Assembly (NCBI GenBank): GCA_963699705.1
Contig: CAVOUW010000003.1
Span: forward strand, 2,161,776 to 2,225,775
Length of the DNA: 64,000 bases
DNA from: an uncultured delta proteobacterium
GTDB taxonomy: Bacteria > Desulfobacterota > Binatia > Binatales > Binataceae
Direction: 5' to 3'
Shown here: positions 41,214 through 51,277 of the stretch, one piece after another
Numbering within the stretch: the stretch's first letter is position 1
Layout: the number at the start of each line of letters is the position of its first letter
Made by a program: the position numbers and the translations under genes
The notes under the pieces: model-generated
Told to the model about the DNA's origin: nothing
Database searches by the model: none
What the model saw: only the letters and a program-made list of their open reading frames with translations

Positions 41214-41483
41214 ATGTGCCGAAACATCAAAACTCTTTTCAATTTCGAACCGCCGGTAACCGACGAAGAGGTTCGCGCCGCATCGCTCCAGTTCGTGCGC
41301 AAAATCAGCGGCTTCAACAAACCGTCGAAAGCAAATGAAGGTGCCTTCGCGGCCGCCCTCGACGAAATAGCCGGTGCATCCACTCGGCTTCTTCGCTCAC
41401 TTGAAACCAACGCACCATCGAGAAGTCGCGAGGAAGAAGCAGCAAAGGCGAAAGCCCGCGCTGCGGAAAGATTCGGTACCTGA
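41214..41483 (+). CDS. DUF2277 family protein
   Basis: MCRNIKTLFNFEPPVTDEEVRAASLQFVRKISGF is the canonical N-terminus of DUF2277 proteins. Confidence 0.7.
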   Translation: MCRNIKTLFNFEPPVTDEEVRAASLQFVRKISGFNKPSKANEGAFAAALDEIAGASTRLLRSLETNAPSRSREEEAAKAKARAAERFGT

Positions 41484-41503
41484 TCGCTCAAGGTGAATCA
41501 CGA

Positions 41504-41719
41504 TTGCCATTGATCCAGGGAAAATACGCGCGCCCGCTTGCGATGGCGCTTGAGATCCCGATGTCGCCAATCGCCGGCGGCATCTTCGGCCACTACATCG
41601 ACATGTACTTCCACACCGAGCCCTGGTTCACCGGAATTCTCGCGTTCGCGGGATTCATTCACTCAGTCGTGACTGTTATCAGGATCGCCAGGGAAGTTCC
41701 CCCGACTTCGCAAGGCTAG
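41504..41719 (+). CDS. atpZ: AtpZ/AtpI-like small membrane protein preceding the F0 genes
   Basis: 71 aa, 2 TM. TTG start with an AAGGTGA Shine-Dalgarno 8 nt upstream. It lies directly upstream of atpI-atpB-atpE. Confidence 0.5.
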   Translation: MPLIQGKYARPLAMALEIPMSPIAGGIFGHYIDMYFHTEPWFTGILAFAGFIHSVVTVIRIAREVPPTSQG

Positions 41720-41728
41720 CGACCCCGC

Positions 41729-42118
41729 GTGCGCAACGATCAGATTCCGACGATCCCGGCGATTCAGCGGATGAACGCGATTCTCGTCGCCGTCACCGCG
41801 GGTCTTCTATTTTTTTTCGATTCCACCGCCGCCGCAGTGGGATGTCTTCTCGGCGGCGCAGTCGTGATTGTGAATCTGTGGGTCCTCAGCCTGATCGGCG
41901 CGGCAATCCTTGCGGCCGCAGGCGCGGGAATCTCCGGCACCGCCGCGAAATTCGGCGTGATGGCGATACCGCTCAAGATGCTAATCGTGGTCGGCCTGGT
42001 CTTTCTGGTTTTCAGGCGCACGCACATTGATGGCGTAGGATTCGCCCTCGGAGTCTTGACTCAGATGACCGCGGCAATTATTGAAACCGGGCGTGCTTCG
42101 CTCCGCGGCTCCAGCTAA
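41729..42118 (+). CDS. atpI: ATP synthase protein I
   Basis: 129 aa, 4 TM. GTG start. Assigned by position before atpB. Confidence 0.6.
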   Translation: MRNDQIPTIPAIQRMNAILVAVTAGLLFFFDSTAAAVGCLLGGAVVIVNLWVLSLIGAAILAAAGAGISGTAAKFGVMAIPLKMLIVVGLVFLVFRRTHIDGVGFALGVLTQMTAAIIETGRASLRGSS

Positions 42119-42142
42119 GATCGCCGCGGCGGAGATAATTTT

Positions 42143-42838
42143 TTGCAGACCTCAATAAACTTTCTCGAAATAATCGGCGGCGGCAAAATCCCCGAAGTCC
42201 TGGTCGGCACCTGGCTGGTGATGGGAATCCTGCTGATTTTTGGCCTCCTTGCGCGTCGCTCACTGGCGGCAGCTGCTGATCCGATCGTCCCCGACGACCG
42301 GATCACCTTGCGCTCGGTCGCCGAGACGATCGTCGAATGGGCCGATGGCTTCGTTTCCGAAGTCACCCAGCTGCATCACTATCGCCAATTCGTCCCGTTC
42401 TTTGGCACCCTGTTCCTGTTCATCCTGCTCGCGAATTTTCTCGGGCTGGTGCCGGGGATGGAACCGCCGACCGCCGACTCCGATCTGACCTTCGCGCTCG
42501 GCACGATTTGTTTCGTTTACTACATCTACCAGGGGATGAAGGCGAACGGCGTCCTCGGCTACTTGCGCACCTATCTCGGCCCGATGCTCGCGATCGCACC
42601 GCTGATGCTGATGATCGAGATCGCCGACAACCTGTTTCGCCCGTTTTCGCTCGGCGTACGTCTTTACGCAAACATGTTTGCCGATCACATGGTGCTCGGC
42701 ATCTTCACCGGCTTGACCAAGTTATTCGTCCCGCTCGCCTTCCTGACGCTCGGCTCGATCGTATGCATCATCCAGGCGATGGTCTTCATGATCCTGTCGA
42801 TGGCGTATGTGCGGCTCGCGGTCGAGCACGAACATTAG
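42143..42838 (+). CDS. atpB: F0F1 ATP synthase subunit a
   Basis: LFLFILLANFLGLVPG…LMLMIEIADNLFRPFSLGVRLYANMFADHMVL carries the conserved Arg of subunit a. TTG start after GGAG. Confidence 0.9.
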   Translation: MQTSINFLEIIGGGKIPEVLVGTWLVMGILLIFGLLARRSLAAAADPIVPDDRITLRSVAETIVEWADGFVSEVTQLHHYRQFVPFFGTLFLFILLANFLGLVPGMEPPTADSDLTFALGTICFVYYIYQGMKANGVLGYLRTYLGPMLAIAPLMLMIEIADNLFRPFSLGVRLYANMFADHMVLGIFTGLTKLFVPLAFLTLGSIVCIIQAMVFMILSMAYVRLAVEHEH

Positions 42839-42966
42839 TCGAAACCCGAAAACAACAAATAGAGATTTCATGTGCCCGGGATTCCGCCCGGAAATTGTGG
42901 TGGTAGAGGAAAGAGAGGCGGCCGGTACTGGAACTTAGAGGCGCGCGAAACAAGGAGGAACGAGAA

Positions 42967-43311
42967 ATGGTTCGAAAGATTGGCAACGTCCTGGGATTTG
43001 TCACGCTCGCGATTGTCGCATCACCGCTGCTCGCGATGGCGCAGGAGGCCGCGGTCCCCGTGGTCCGCATGACGCAGTCACCGCTCAGCGTCGGATTGAT
43101 CGCGCTCGCCGCCAACCTGGGCGTCGGCATCGCAGCGTTCGGGAGCGCGCTCGGCCAGGGGCGCATGGCCGCATCGGCAATGGAATCGATCGGCCGCAAT
43201 CCGAACGCAGCCGGCCAGATTTTCACCCCGATGCTGCTCGGCCTCGCATTCATCGAAGCGCTGACCCTGTACGCGCTCGTGATCGGATTCCTGCTGCAGC
43301 TGAAAATCTGA
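42967..43311 (+). CDS. atpE: F0F1 ATP synthase subunit c with an N-terminal signal-peptide-like extension
   Basis: The core is GLIALAANLGVGIAAFGSALGQGRMAASAMESIGRNPNAAGQIFTPMLLGLAFIEALTLYALVIGFLL. The ATG 42967 has a strong AAGGAGG. The extra 34 aa are MVRKIGNVLGFVTLAIVASPLLAMAQEAAVPVVR. Confidence 0.85.
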   Translation: MVRKIGNVLGFVTLAIVASPLLAMAQEAAVPVVRMTQSPLSVGLIALAANLGVGIAAFGSALGQGRMAASAMESIGRNPNAAGQIFTPMLLGLAFIEALTLYALVIGFLLQLKI

Positions 43312-43337
43312 AGATTCGAGATGCGTTTCGGTACAAC

Positions 43338-43366
43338 GGGGCCCGAGACGGGCCCCGTTTCTTTTC
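43338..43366 (+). terminator. rho-independent terminator after atpE
   Basis: GGGGCCCG-AGA-CGGGCCCC followed by GTTTCTTTT, 27 nt after the atpE stop. Confidence 0.7.
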
Positions 43367-43376
43367 CTGTCACCAA

Positions 43377-43430
43377 GGTGCAGGGGTTACCCCTGCCGAA
43401 GGAAGTTTGAAACCCACCGCGGGTTTCAAA
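43377..43430 (-). repeat. family 1 repeat, copy E (reverse orientation)
   Basis: Its reverse complement is TTTGAAACCCGCGGTGGGTTTCAAACTTCCTTCGGCAGGGGTAACCCCTGCACC. It sits between the convergent atpE and Smr genes. Confidence 0.8.
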
Positions 43431-43452
43431 TTAAATTGCTAAAGTTCCACGC

Positions 43453-44259
43453 CTACCGTCTCTTCGCCCCTTGCAGAATATCGAATGGCGCGCGACTCTT
43501 CTCGCGCTTCAGCAAGACATACGTCGCACCTGCGCCGCCGTCCGCCGCTCGCGCGGTTGCGAATGCCAACACGTGACCGCCGATTGCGCCATGCGACAGC
43601 CATCCCGCCGACGCATGCTTGAGCACCGAATGCCCGTTCGGCGAGCGCAGACCGCGTCCGTGCACGACCAGCACCGCGCGCAGCCCTTTACGCACTGACT
43701 TGATGATGAATTCTTTCAGCGCTTCCTTGGCGTCACTCTGGATCATGCCGTGCATATCGAAATGATCCTGCATCGCGAACTCGCCACGGCGAAGCTGCGA
43801 CACCAGTCGCGGGTCCAGACCGACGCGGTAGCCCTCGACGTATTCGTCAGACTCGGTGATATCGAACGGCGCCTGTCCCGACACCAGGTCGGACAATAGA
43901 GCGACCACCTCCGCGTCCTCATCGACGATGGTGTGAGTCGTGGGAGGATCGAGCGGTATGCGCGCGTTGCGTTTGCCGTTCGCATGGAGCGGTCGCACGC
44001 CTTCGAACGCATGTCGCAGAAAAGATTCGTCGTCCAGCGGTTCTGCAACCGGGGCGGCGGGTTTCTCCACCACGGGCAACGGCGCAGGAACGTTGGGCTT
44101 GCTCGGCAATACCGACAGATCCCGCCCAGCCAGCATCTTCTTTAAATCTTTGAATGGTGACGAAAACACGCGCTCAGGCGCGGCCGTCGCCTTTTGTTCG
44201 CCGTCCGGCTCATCGTGACGTTGGCCACTTTTCGGGGCAGGCTTTCGCTTCTTTGCCAT
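43453..44259 (-). CDS. Smr-domain protein (MutS2-like Smr nuclease domain)
   Basis: A K/P-rich N-terminus. The C-terminal Smr domain is FDMHGMIQSDAKEALKEFIIKSVRKGLRAVLVVHGRG…VLKHASAGWL. Confidence 0.75.
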   Translation of the reverse strand: MAKKRKPAPKSGQRHDEPDGEQKATAAPERVFSSPFKDLKKMLAGRDLSVLPSKPNVPAPLPVVEKPAAPVAEPLDDESFLRHAFEGVRPLHANGKRNARIPLDPPTTHTIVDEDAEVVALLSDLVSGQAPFDITESDEYVEGYRVGLDPRLVSQLRRGEFAMQDHFDMHGMIQSDAKEALKEFIIKSVRKGLRAVLVVHGRGLRSPNGHSVLKHASAGWLSHGAIGGHVLAFATARAADGGAGATYVLLKREKSRAPFDILQGAKRR

Positions 44260-44448
44260 TAGAAAGAGCCGGAGGTTCAGGTAGATGACAGACTATGCTG
44301 AGGACACCTTGCGGTTCAAACTGGCGGTCGATCCCAAGCGCGCGCGACACAAAATCGAAAGCCGAAAATGATGCGCGTCAGGCGCGCATCGACTACACTT
44401 GCCCGCGTGTCGCGAACTGCTGCGAAGTCGTGAGGTGAGGATCCTCCT

Positions 44449-46983
44449 ATGCGCCGTGTCATCGTAATTGCCGCCGCAATTGTCGGAGCCATCGTGATTT
44501 TCGCCGGCGCGATCCTCTTCTACGCCGCCACCAACTTAAATTCGATTATCGCCGAGCGCCGCCAGACCATCCTCGACAAGGTCAGCACCGCGCTCGGCCG
44601 TCAGGTGCACGCCGACGACATCAAGGTGACCTTGGGTTGGGGAATCCTGGCCGACGTGACCGGCGTGCAGGTCGCCGACGACCCGGACATCTCGAAAAAA
44701 CCGTTTATCGAGGCGAGCAACGTTTACACCCGTCTGCAACTGATGCCGCTGCTGGCGCGCCGGATCGAAGTCACCGAGGTGGTCCTCGACAAACCGGTCA
44801 TCCGAATCGTCCAGACTCGCGACGGCACCTTCAATGTCTCGACTCTCGGCCGCAAAAAGGTCCACACCGAAGAGCAGTCGCAGCCCGGCGAGGGCGGCGG
44901 CGGGGGCGGCGAGAACCAGGAGTCGCCGATGGCGGAAGCGGGCAAGGCGCCCGCAACCCTCGGCTCGCTGCAGGTGCAGAACTTTTCGATCAACGACGGC
45001 ACTTTGACCTATGAGACGGAAGGCAAGCCGGAAAGCGCGACCGTCAACGCGATCAACCTCAAGCTGCGCGATTTCGTCTTCAACGCCCAGTTCACCATCG
45101 ACCTAACCTTCGCCGCGCTGAGCGATCAACAGAACTTCGATCTGTCGGCGACGATTGGCCCGCTGATCAACAACGGCGTGATCGATATCGACGTGATCCC
45201 CATCTCCGGCAAAGCCAAGGTCGGCCCGATTCTGCTGACGCAGTTAAAAACGATCCCGATGCTCGCGGACGTGATTCCGCCGAAGCTTTCGATTTCCGGC
45301 CCGATCGCCTTCGACGCCAGCGCTGACGGCACCGTTCACTCGATCAAATTCAACGCCTCGAGCGATTTGAGCGCGCCCGCAATCGCGTTTGGCGACACCT
45401 TCACCAAGCCCGCCGACACGCCGCTGAAAATTGATGCCGAGGGTTCGCGCACCGACTCGGTCGTGACGGTGACGCTCGCCAACATCACCGCCGGCGACCT
45501 GGAAGCCAAGGCGACGGATATCAAAATCGGCGGCGGCACGACCGCGGCGCACGTTGATAGCAACAATTTCGACATCGCTTCGCTTGCGAAAATGATTCCG
45601 GCGCTCGGCAAGTACAATGTCGCGGGCAAAACCGAGATTCATACCAGCGCGACGCTTGCGGACGGCAAGGTCTCCGCAGACGGCACGGTCGCGCTCGCCG
45701 GCGTCGGGTTGTCGATACCCGATCATAAGGCGCCGCCGTTGAGTAATCTAAGCGGGAACATCAAGCTCGAAGGAACTGGCGCCGACGTTGGACCGCTGAC
45801 GTTTAATATCGGCCCGCAGCAGGCGACGTTGAAGTCGCACATCGATCAGTTCCAGCCGCTGGTCATGAGCTACGAGCTGAATGCGGCCTCGGTGCGTCTC
45901 GCGGATCTCGTGCCCTCGCGTCCGCCCGACGAGGTTATCAACCAGCTTTTCGCCAAGGGTTCTGCCTCGACTGGCGCGAAGAACGTCAACACGATTGAGT
46001 CTCAAATCACTTCGCCGTCGGGCAACCTCGGCGGCGTTCCGTACCAGAACCTGGACTTGGCGGTGTCGCTGCAGGACAAATTCGCGCGCGTTGCCCGGCT
46101 CAAGCTGAAGGCGTTCTCGGGAGACATCGTCGCCACCGGAAGCACGCAACTCGAGCCCTCGGCGCCGATGCAAGCCTCGATCAGTTTCACCAATCTCGAT
46201 ATTCAGCAGGCGCTCGACTCGCAAAAATCCAAGGCCGCCGGCACTGTTCGCGGCACGCTCGGTGGAAATATCAAGGTCAGCGGAAAAACCGGCACGTTCG
46301 AGGAGATGAAGCCGACGCTCCGGGGCAACGGCAATCTCACGCTGACTAACGGCAAGCTGGTCGGCGTCAACGTCGGCGGACAGGCGCTCAGCAAGGTGCA
46401 GAACCTTCCCGCGATCGGCAACCTGGTGCCGGATGCCGTCGTCAAGAATCATCCGGAGCTTTTCAGCAATCCCGACACCGACATCCAGCTCGCGAGTCTG
46501 ACCTTCGTGCTCGAAGGTCCGCGAATCACGTCGCACGACATCAAGGTGCAGACCGTCGATTACAATCTGCTCGGCGACGGATGGTTCGACATGGACAAAA
46601 ATATCGATCTCGCCGCGCGAATCGTGCTCTCGCCACAATTCAGCAAGGAGCTGATCGAGCAGAAGAAGGAAGTCGCGTTCATCGCAAATAAGGACGGACA
46701 GATTGACGTCCCGTTGCAAGTCGTCGGCCAATTGCCCAAGCCGCAAGTGCTGCCCAACGTGACCGAACTGGCGCAACGCGCCGGAACTCACGCCATGCAG
46801 GCGCAAGGTCAGAAATATCTAGGCAAAGTCTTCGGCAAAAAAGGCCTGCCCGGAGGTTTGGACAAATTTCTCGGCGGCGGCTCCGGCAGCGACGGCTCAG
46901 GCAACGGGTCCGGCAACGGCAATGCCGGAGGCAACTCGAATCCACCGCCGAACCCACTGGACACTCTGAAAAAGTTGTTTTGA
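44449..46983 (+). CDS. AsmA-family outer-membrane biogenesis protein
   Basis: 844 aa. An N-terminal TM (VIVIAAAIVGAIVIFAGAILFYA), a long repetitive beta-rich body and an AsmA-like C-terminus. Confidence 0.8.
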   Translation: MRRVIVIAAAIVGAIVIFAGAILFYAATNLNSIIAERRQTILDKVSTALGRQVHADDIKVTLGWGILADVTGVQVADDPDISKKPFIEASNVYTRLQLMPLLARRIEVTEVVLDKPVIRIVQTRDGTFNVSTLGRKKVHTEEQSQPGEGGGGGGENQESPMAEAGKAPATLGSLQVQNFSINDGTLTYETEGKPESATVNAINLKLRDFVFNAQFTIDLTFAALSDQQNFDLSATIGPLINNGVIDIDVIPISGKAKVGPILLTQLKTIPMLADVIPPKLSISGPIAFDASADGTVHSIKFNASSDLSAPAIAFGDTFTKPADTPLKIDAEGSRTDSVVTVTLANITAGDLEAKATDIKIGGGTTAAHVDSNNFDIASLAKMIPALGKYNVAGKTEIHTSATLADGKVSADGTVALAGVGLSIPDHKAPPLSNLSGNIKLEGTGADVGPLTFNIGPQQATLKSHIDQFQPLVMSYELNAASVRLADLVPSRPPDEVINQLFAKGSASTGAKNVNTIESQITSPSGNLGGVPYQNLDLAVSLQDKFARVARLKLKAFSGDIVATGSTQLEPSAPMQASISFTNLDIQQALDSQKSKAAGTVRGTLGGNIKVSGKTGTFEEMKPTLRGNGNLTLTNGKLVGVNVGGQALSKVQNLPAIGNLVPDAVVKNHPELFSNPDTDIQLASLTFVLEGPRITSHDIKVQTVDYNLLGDGWFDMDKNIDLAARIVLSPQFSKELIEQKKEVAFIANKDGQIDVPLQVVGQLPKPQVLPNVTELAQRAGTHAMQAQGQKYLGKVFGKKGLPGGLDKFLGGGSGSDGSGNGSGNGNAGGNSNPPPNPLDTLKKLF

Positions 46984-46989
46984 TTTTTG

Positions 46990-47177
46990 TGTCATCCCGA
47001 GCGCAGCCGAGGGACCCCGGATCTTTCACGACGCCGGAAGATGCACCCTAACCACGCATCGAGAGATCTCTTTGGCACTCTCCCTCTTTAGGGAGCATCT
47101 CGATCGCTCCATGGTTGAGGGTGCGTCGGCGAGCGTTCAGAAAGATCCGGGGTCCCTCGGCTACGCTCGGGATGACA
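46990..47177. repeat. 188-bp nested palindromic (MITE-like) element
   Basis: 38-bp terminal inverted repeats TGTCATCCCGAGCGCAGCCGAGGGACCCCGGATCTTTC / GAAAGATCCGGGGTCCCTCGGCTACGCTCGGGATGACA (1 mismatch). Inner inverted repeats GCACCCTAACCA…TGGTTGAGGGTGC and a central CTCCCTctttAGGGAG. It lies between the convergent asmA and mutS2 genes. Confidence 0.8.
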
Positions 47178-47246
47178 CAAGAAAAAGATGGCACAAAAGA
47201 AAGATCACACCGGAAAACGGACTACAACGCGACGCCACCCACCGCA

Positions 47247-49583
47247 CTACAAATTCATCTGCACGATCGTTGCGCCCGCGCCACCATGATGCGGTTCGGC
47301 GCCGCGGAATGACGCGCAGTATGGCGACGTGCCCAGGTATTCGGCGACGGCCTTGCGCAGCGCGCCCGATCCAATCCCATGGACAATCCGCACTTCCGCG
47401 CGATTTGTCAGGAACGCATTGTCGAGGAACTCCTCGAGCTTGCGCAGTGCGTCCGTCGTGCGCATCCCAATCAGATTCAACTCGTTGCGCTCCTCGCCCT
47501 CGACGCTGTAAGTGACCGCCGCCTCCTTTGCCCGCGCCGGACGAAGTTCGGACACACTGGCCGCCGACCTGCGCAATCGCTCAGGTGCTACTTCGATCCT
47601 CAAACCGCCCCGGCTTATCACGGCGCGTCCCGGTTCGAGCACGATAAGTTCGCCGCGGATGTCGCCGACCTCGACGCTATCGCCGACCTTCAAAGGCGCG
47701 TCGGACTCAGATGCGCCTTCGGGCGCCGGCGCGAGGCTTTCGAGTTTCGCCGACGCCTGGGTGAGGAACCCTTTCAAGTCGGTGCGCGATTTCGTCCGCG
47801 ATTTTAGCTCGTCCATCAGCGCGGCACCGTCGCGCTTGATCTCCTCGATCAACTCTGCGACCTCAGCCCGCAGCCGTTTGCGTTCTAGCTCCACGCGCTC
47901 GCGAGTTTTTTCCGCTCTCTGCAAGACATCCTGCTCGGTCTGAGCCAGGTTCAGCTCGTGCTCGCGCAATTTTTCGAGCTGGGCATTGAGCTTCGCGCGC
48001 TCCGCGTCCAATCTCTTCAGCGTGTCGGTGAGCTCGATCGTCCCGGCGCCCATCGATTGCTCGGCGGCGCGGATTATTTCCTCGGGCAGCCCCAGCCGTC
48101 GCGCGACCGCGAGTCCGTAACTCTGCCCGATCGTATGCGGCTTCAAACGATACAACGGTGCGAGGTGTTCGGCGTCGAAATCCACTGCGGCCGCCTCGAA
48201 ACCGGCCTGCGAGTATGCGTGCAGTTTCACCGCGGTCGAATGCGTCGCGATCGCCAGCATGCAGCGCCGCGTCCCGAGATGGTCCATCAAGCCGATCGCC
48301 AGCGCCGCGCCTTCGGCCGGGTCGGTGCCCGCGCCCGGCTCGTCGAGAATCACCAGCGCCGGCTCGACCAGCGAACGGATTATCTCGGACAAGTTTGCGA
48401 TATGCCCAGAAAAGCTCGACAGGTTGGATTCGATAGACTGCTCGTCGCCGATATCGGCGAACACGCTGCGAAACACCGTCGCCTTGCTGCCGGCGAGCGC
48501 CGGAATCAGGAGGCCCGCCTGCGCCATCAACGACAGCAGACCGACCGTCTTGAGCGCGACCGTCTTGCCGCCGGTGTTCGGCCCCGAGATGACGATGCCG
48601 CGCTGGCCGGCGCCGATTTTCACGTCGATCGGAATCACGTCGCGGCCGCTGGTCATCAGCAGCGGATGCCGCGCGCCGATAAAATCGATTCCCTCATCGA
48701 CCAGCTGCGGCTCGACACATCGAAACCGCTCGGCGAAAAGCGCGCGCGCGTTGAGCGCGTCGATCGCGACCATTGCATCGAACGTGAGCTGCAACTCCGG
48801 CGCGTATCCGCCGACCATCGCGGTCAGCCGCGCGAGGATTCGCGTTTCTTCCGCCTCCGCCTCGCGCTCGAGCATCATTAGGCGGTTGTTCAGCTCGACC
48901 GCCCACATCGGCTCAACGAATAATGTTTCACCAGAAACGCTGCGGTCCTGCACGATTCCCTCGAACCGCTCCGAGTAGTTCAGCTTCATCGGCAGCACGA
49001 AGCGGCGGTTGCGAATCGTCACGAGGTAATCGGAAACGAACGATTCCATGCCCGACGCGTTGAGCGAACGCAGCAGCCGCGCTTCGAGTTCCGCGCGCTC
49101 ATCACGCAGCCGGCTGCGCAGCTTCTTCAGTTCAGGGCTCGCGTCGTCGAGTAGTGTGCCGTCGTCAGCCAGCGCACTTAGCATCGCGTCAGCGAGTTCC
49201 TTCGGCGCGAGCAGGTTATGTACGAGCGCCGCGACACTGGAAAAGCGCTCGACGCGCGATCGCAAAAATCCACTGACGTGTCGCGATCCCACGATAAAAT
49301 CGCGCACCTTCACCAGCGCTTCGCCGCCGAGAATCGCACCGACGCGCGCCGCCGCGAGCAGGTACGGCCGCTGATCGGTAAACTCGTTTATCGGAATCGA
49401 TCCGGCATGCGATCGCAGCTCGACCATCTCCGCGGTCGCGGTCAGCCGCCGCTGCACCTCGACTGTGTCGATCGACGGGCGCAACTCAGCAGTCGCCTCG
49501 CGCCCCGGTTCCGAGGCGCAAAGCTCCATGACGAGGTGAATCACCTTGTCGAATTCGAGTGCTTTCAGATCGCGTTCGCGCAT
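47247..49583 (-). CDS. mutS2: endonuclease MutS2
   Basis: 778 aa. GPNTGGKTVALKTVGL (Walker A), DEPGAGTDP, a long coiled-coil region and a C-terminal Smr (RIVHGIGSGALR). Confidence 0.9.
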   Translation of the reverse strand: MRERDLKALEFDKVIHLVMELCASEPGREATAELRPSIDTVEVQRRLTATAEMVELRSHAGSIPINEFTDQRPYLLAAARVGAILGGEALVKVRDFIVGSRHVSGFLRSRVERFSSVAALVHNLLAPKELADAMLSALADDGTLLDDASPELKKLRSRLRDERAELEARLLRSLNASGMESFVSDYLVTIRNRRFVLPMKLNYSERFEGIVQDRSVSGETLFVEPMWAVELNNRLMMLEREAEAEETRILARLTAMVGGYAPELQLTFDAMVAIDALNARALFAERFRCVEPQLVDEGIDFIGARHPLLMTSGRDVIPIDVKIGAGQRGIVISGPNTGGKTVALKTVGLLSLMAQAGLLIPALAGSKATVFRSVFADIGDEQSIESNLSSFSGHIANLSEIIRSLVEPALVILDEPGAGTDPAEGAALAIGLMDHLGTRRCMLAIATHSTAVKLHAYSQAGFEAAAVDFDAEHLAPLYRLKPHTIGQSYGLAVARRLGLPEEIIRAAEQSMGAGTIELTDTLKRLDAERAKLNAQLEKLREHELNLAQTEQDVLQRAEKTRERVELERKRLRAEVAELIEEIKRDGAALMDELKSRTKSRTDLKGFLTQASAKLESLAPAPEGASESDAPLKVGDSVEVGDIRGELIVLEPGRAVISRGGLRIEVAPERLRRSAASVSELRPARAKEAAVTYSVEGEERNELNLIGMRTTDALRKLEEFLDNAFLTNRAEVRIVHGIGSGALRKAVAEYLGTSPYCASFRGAEPHHGGAGATIVQMNL

Positions 49584-49650
49584 CGCTAATATCCAGCCAG
49601 CTTTCTAATATCTAGCCCAACTCTGGCCCTCAGGCATCAAGGATAACGAG

Positions 49651-51261
49651 ATGGATCGAATTGAATCGCGGCTGAACACCAACTCCGACGAGTTCCGCCG
49701 CAACCGCGACGCGATGGACGCGCTGATCAAGCGCCTGCGCGACAACATCGAGCGGATTCGCCAGGGCGGTCCTCCGTCCGCGCGCGAACGTCATGTTGAA
49801 CGCGGCAAGCTGCTCGCGCGCGACCGGGTCAAAAAATTGCTCGACCCCGGCAGTCCGTTCCTCGAACTGTCGCCGCTGGCCGCATTCAACATGTACGACG
49901 GCGACTCGCCGTCCGCGAGCATCATCACCGGCATCGGCAGAATCCACGGCCGCGAGGCGGTGATCGTCGCTAACGACGCGACCGTCAAAGGCGGCACGTA
50001 TTTTCCGATGACCGTGAAGAAGCATCTTCGCGCGCAGCAAATCGCCATCGAAAACATGCTGCCGTGCGTTTACCTGGTCGATTCCGGCGGCGCGTTTCTG
50101 CCGATGCAGTCCGAGATTTTTCCCGACGAGAGGCACTTCGGCCGCATCTTCTACAACCAGGCTCAGATGTCGGCGAAAGGCATCGCGCAGGTCGCGGTCG
50201 TGATGGGCAGTTGCACCGCGGGTGGCGCGTACGTGCCCGCGATGTGCGACGAAAATATAATTGTCCGCGAAGAAGGAACCATCTTCCTGGCCGGTCCGCC
50301 GCTGGTGCGCGCCGCGACCGGCGAGGAAGTGACCGCCGAGGAGCTCGGCGGCGGCGACGTACATACCAGACTGTCGGGCGTGAGCGATCATCTCGCCGAC
50401 GACGACGATCACGCGCTCCAGATTGCGCGCGCCATCTTCGAAAACCTCGGCCCTCGCACGCCCGCCGCAATCGAGCAAGACCCGCCCGAAGATCCGCACT
50501 ACGATCCCGCCGAACTCTACGGCATCATCCCAGTCGATACGCGCAAGCCCTACGATGTGCGCGAGGTGATCGCGCGGCTGGTCGATGGCAGCCGGATGCA
50601 CGAGTTCAAGGCCCGCTATGCGACCACTCTCGTCACCGGCTTCGCGCGAATCTACGGCTATCCTGTCGGCATCATCGCGAACAACGGCGTACTGTTCAGC
50701 GAATCGGCGCTCAAGGCCACCCATTTCATCGAGCTGTGCTGCGCGCGGCGCATCCCGCTGCTCTTCCTGCAAAACATCACCGGCTTCATCGTCGGCAAGC
50801 GCTACGAGCAGGGCGGCATCGCAAAGGACGGCGCCAAGATGGTCAACGCGGTCGCCAACGCGCAGGTCCCGAAGTTCACGGTGATCATCGGCGCGTCCAA
50901 CGGCGCAGGAAATTACGGGATGTGCGGGCGCGCGTACTCGCCGCGATTACTTTTCATGTGGCCGAACGCGCGCATCTCGGTGATGGGTGGTGAACAGGCG
51001 GCGAACACGCTGCTCACGGTGAAGCTCGATCAATTGAAGCGCGAAGGCGCGACCATGACCGACGCAGAGCAAAAAGAATTCCTCCGCCCGACGCTCGAGA
51101 AGTACGACCTAGAATCGAGCGTCTATTATTCCAGCGCGCGCCTATGGGACGACGGCGTCCTCGATCCCATCGAAACGCGCGCCGCGCTCGCGCTAGGCAT
51201 CGCGGCGTCGATGAACGCCCCAATCCCCACCCACGCAAATTTCGGCGTCTTCAGAATGTGA
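49651..51261 (+). CDS. acyl-CoA carboxylase carboxyltransferase (beta) subunit, methylcrotonyl-CoA carboxylase-like
   Basis: 536 aa with tandem carboxyltransferase domains. …VDSGGAF…GSCTAGGAY…ends with the MCC-beta-like HANFGVFRM. Confidence 0.85.
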   Translation: MDRIESRLNTNSDEFRRNRDAMDALIKRLRDNIERIRQGGPPSARERHVERGKLLARDRVKKLLDPGSPFLELSPLAAFNMYDGDSPSASIITGIGRIHGREAVIVANDATVKGGTYFPMTVKKHLRAQQIAIENMLPCVYLVDSGGAFLPMQSEIFPDERHFGRIFYNQAQMSAKGIAQVAVVMGSCTAGGAYVPAMCDENIIVREEGTIFLAGPPLVRAATGEEVTAEELGGGDVHTRLSGVSDHLADDDDHALQIARAIFENLGPRTPAAIEQDPPEDPHYDPAELYGIIPVDTRKPYDVREVIARLVDGSRMHEFKARYATTLVTGFARIYGYPVGIIANNGVLFSESALKATHFIELCCARRIPLLFLQNITGFIVGKRYEQGGIAKDGAKMVNAVANAQVPKFTVIIGASNGAGNYGMCGRAYSPRLLFMWPNARISVMGGEQAANTLLTVKLDQLKREGATMTDAEQKEFLRPTLEKYDLESSVYYSSARLWDDGVLDPIETRAALALGIAASMNAPIPTHANFGVFRM

Positions 51262-51277
51262 GCGTTTTTTTCTTCTG

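Noticed and set aside
46679-47515. Short ORFs (…DPGSLGCARDDT…, …DPGSLGYARDDT…) inside the palindromic element
   Set aside because: These are mirror-image translations of the two inverted-repeat arms of the MITE-like element, not proteins.
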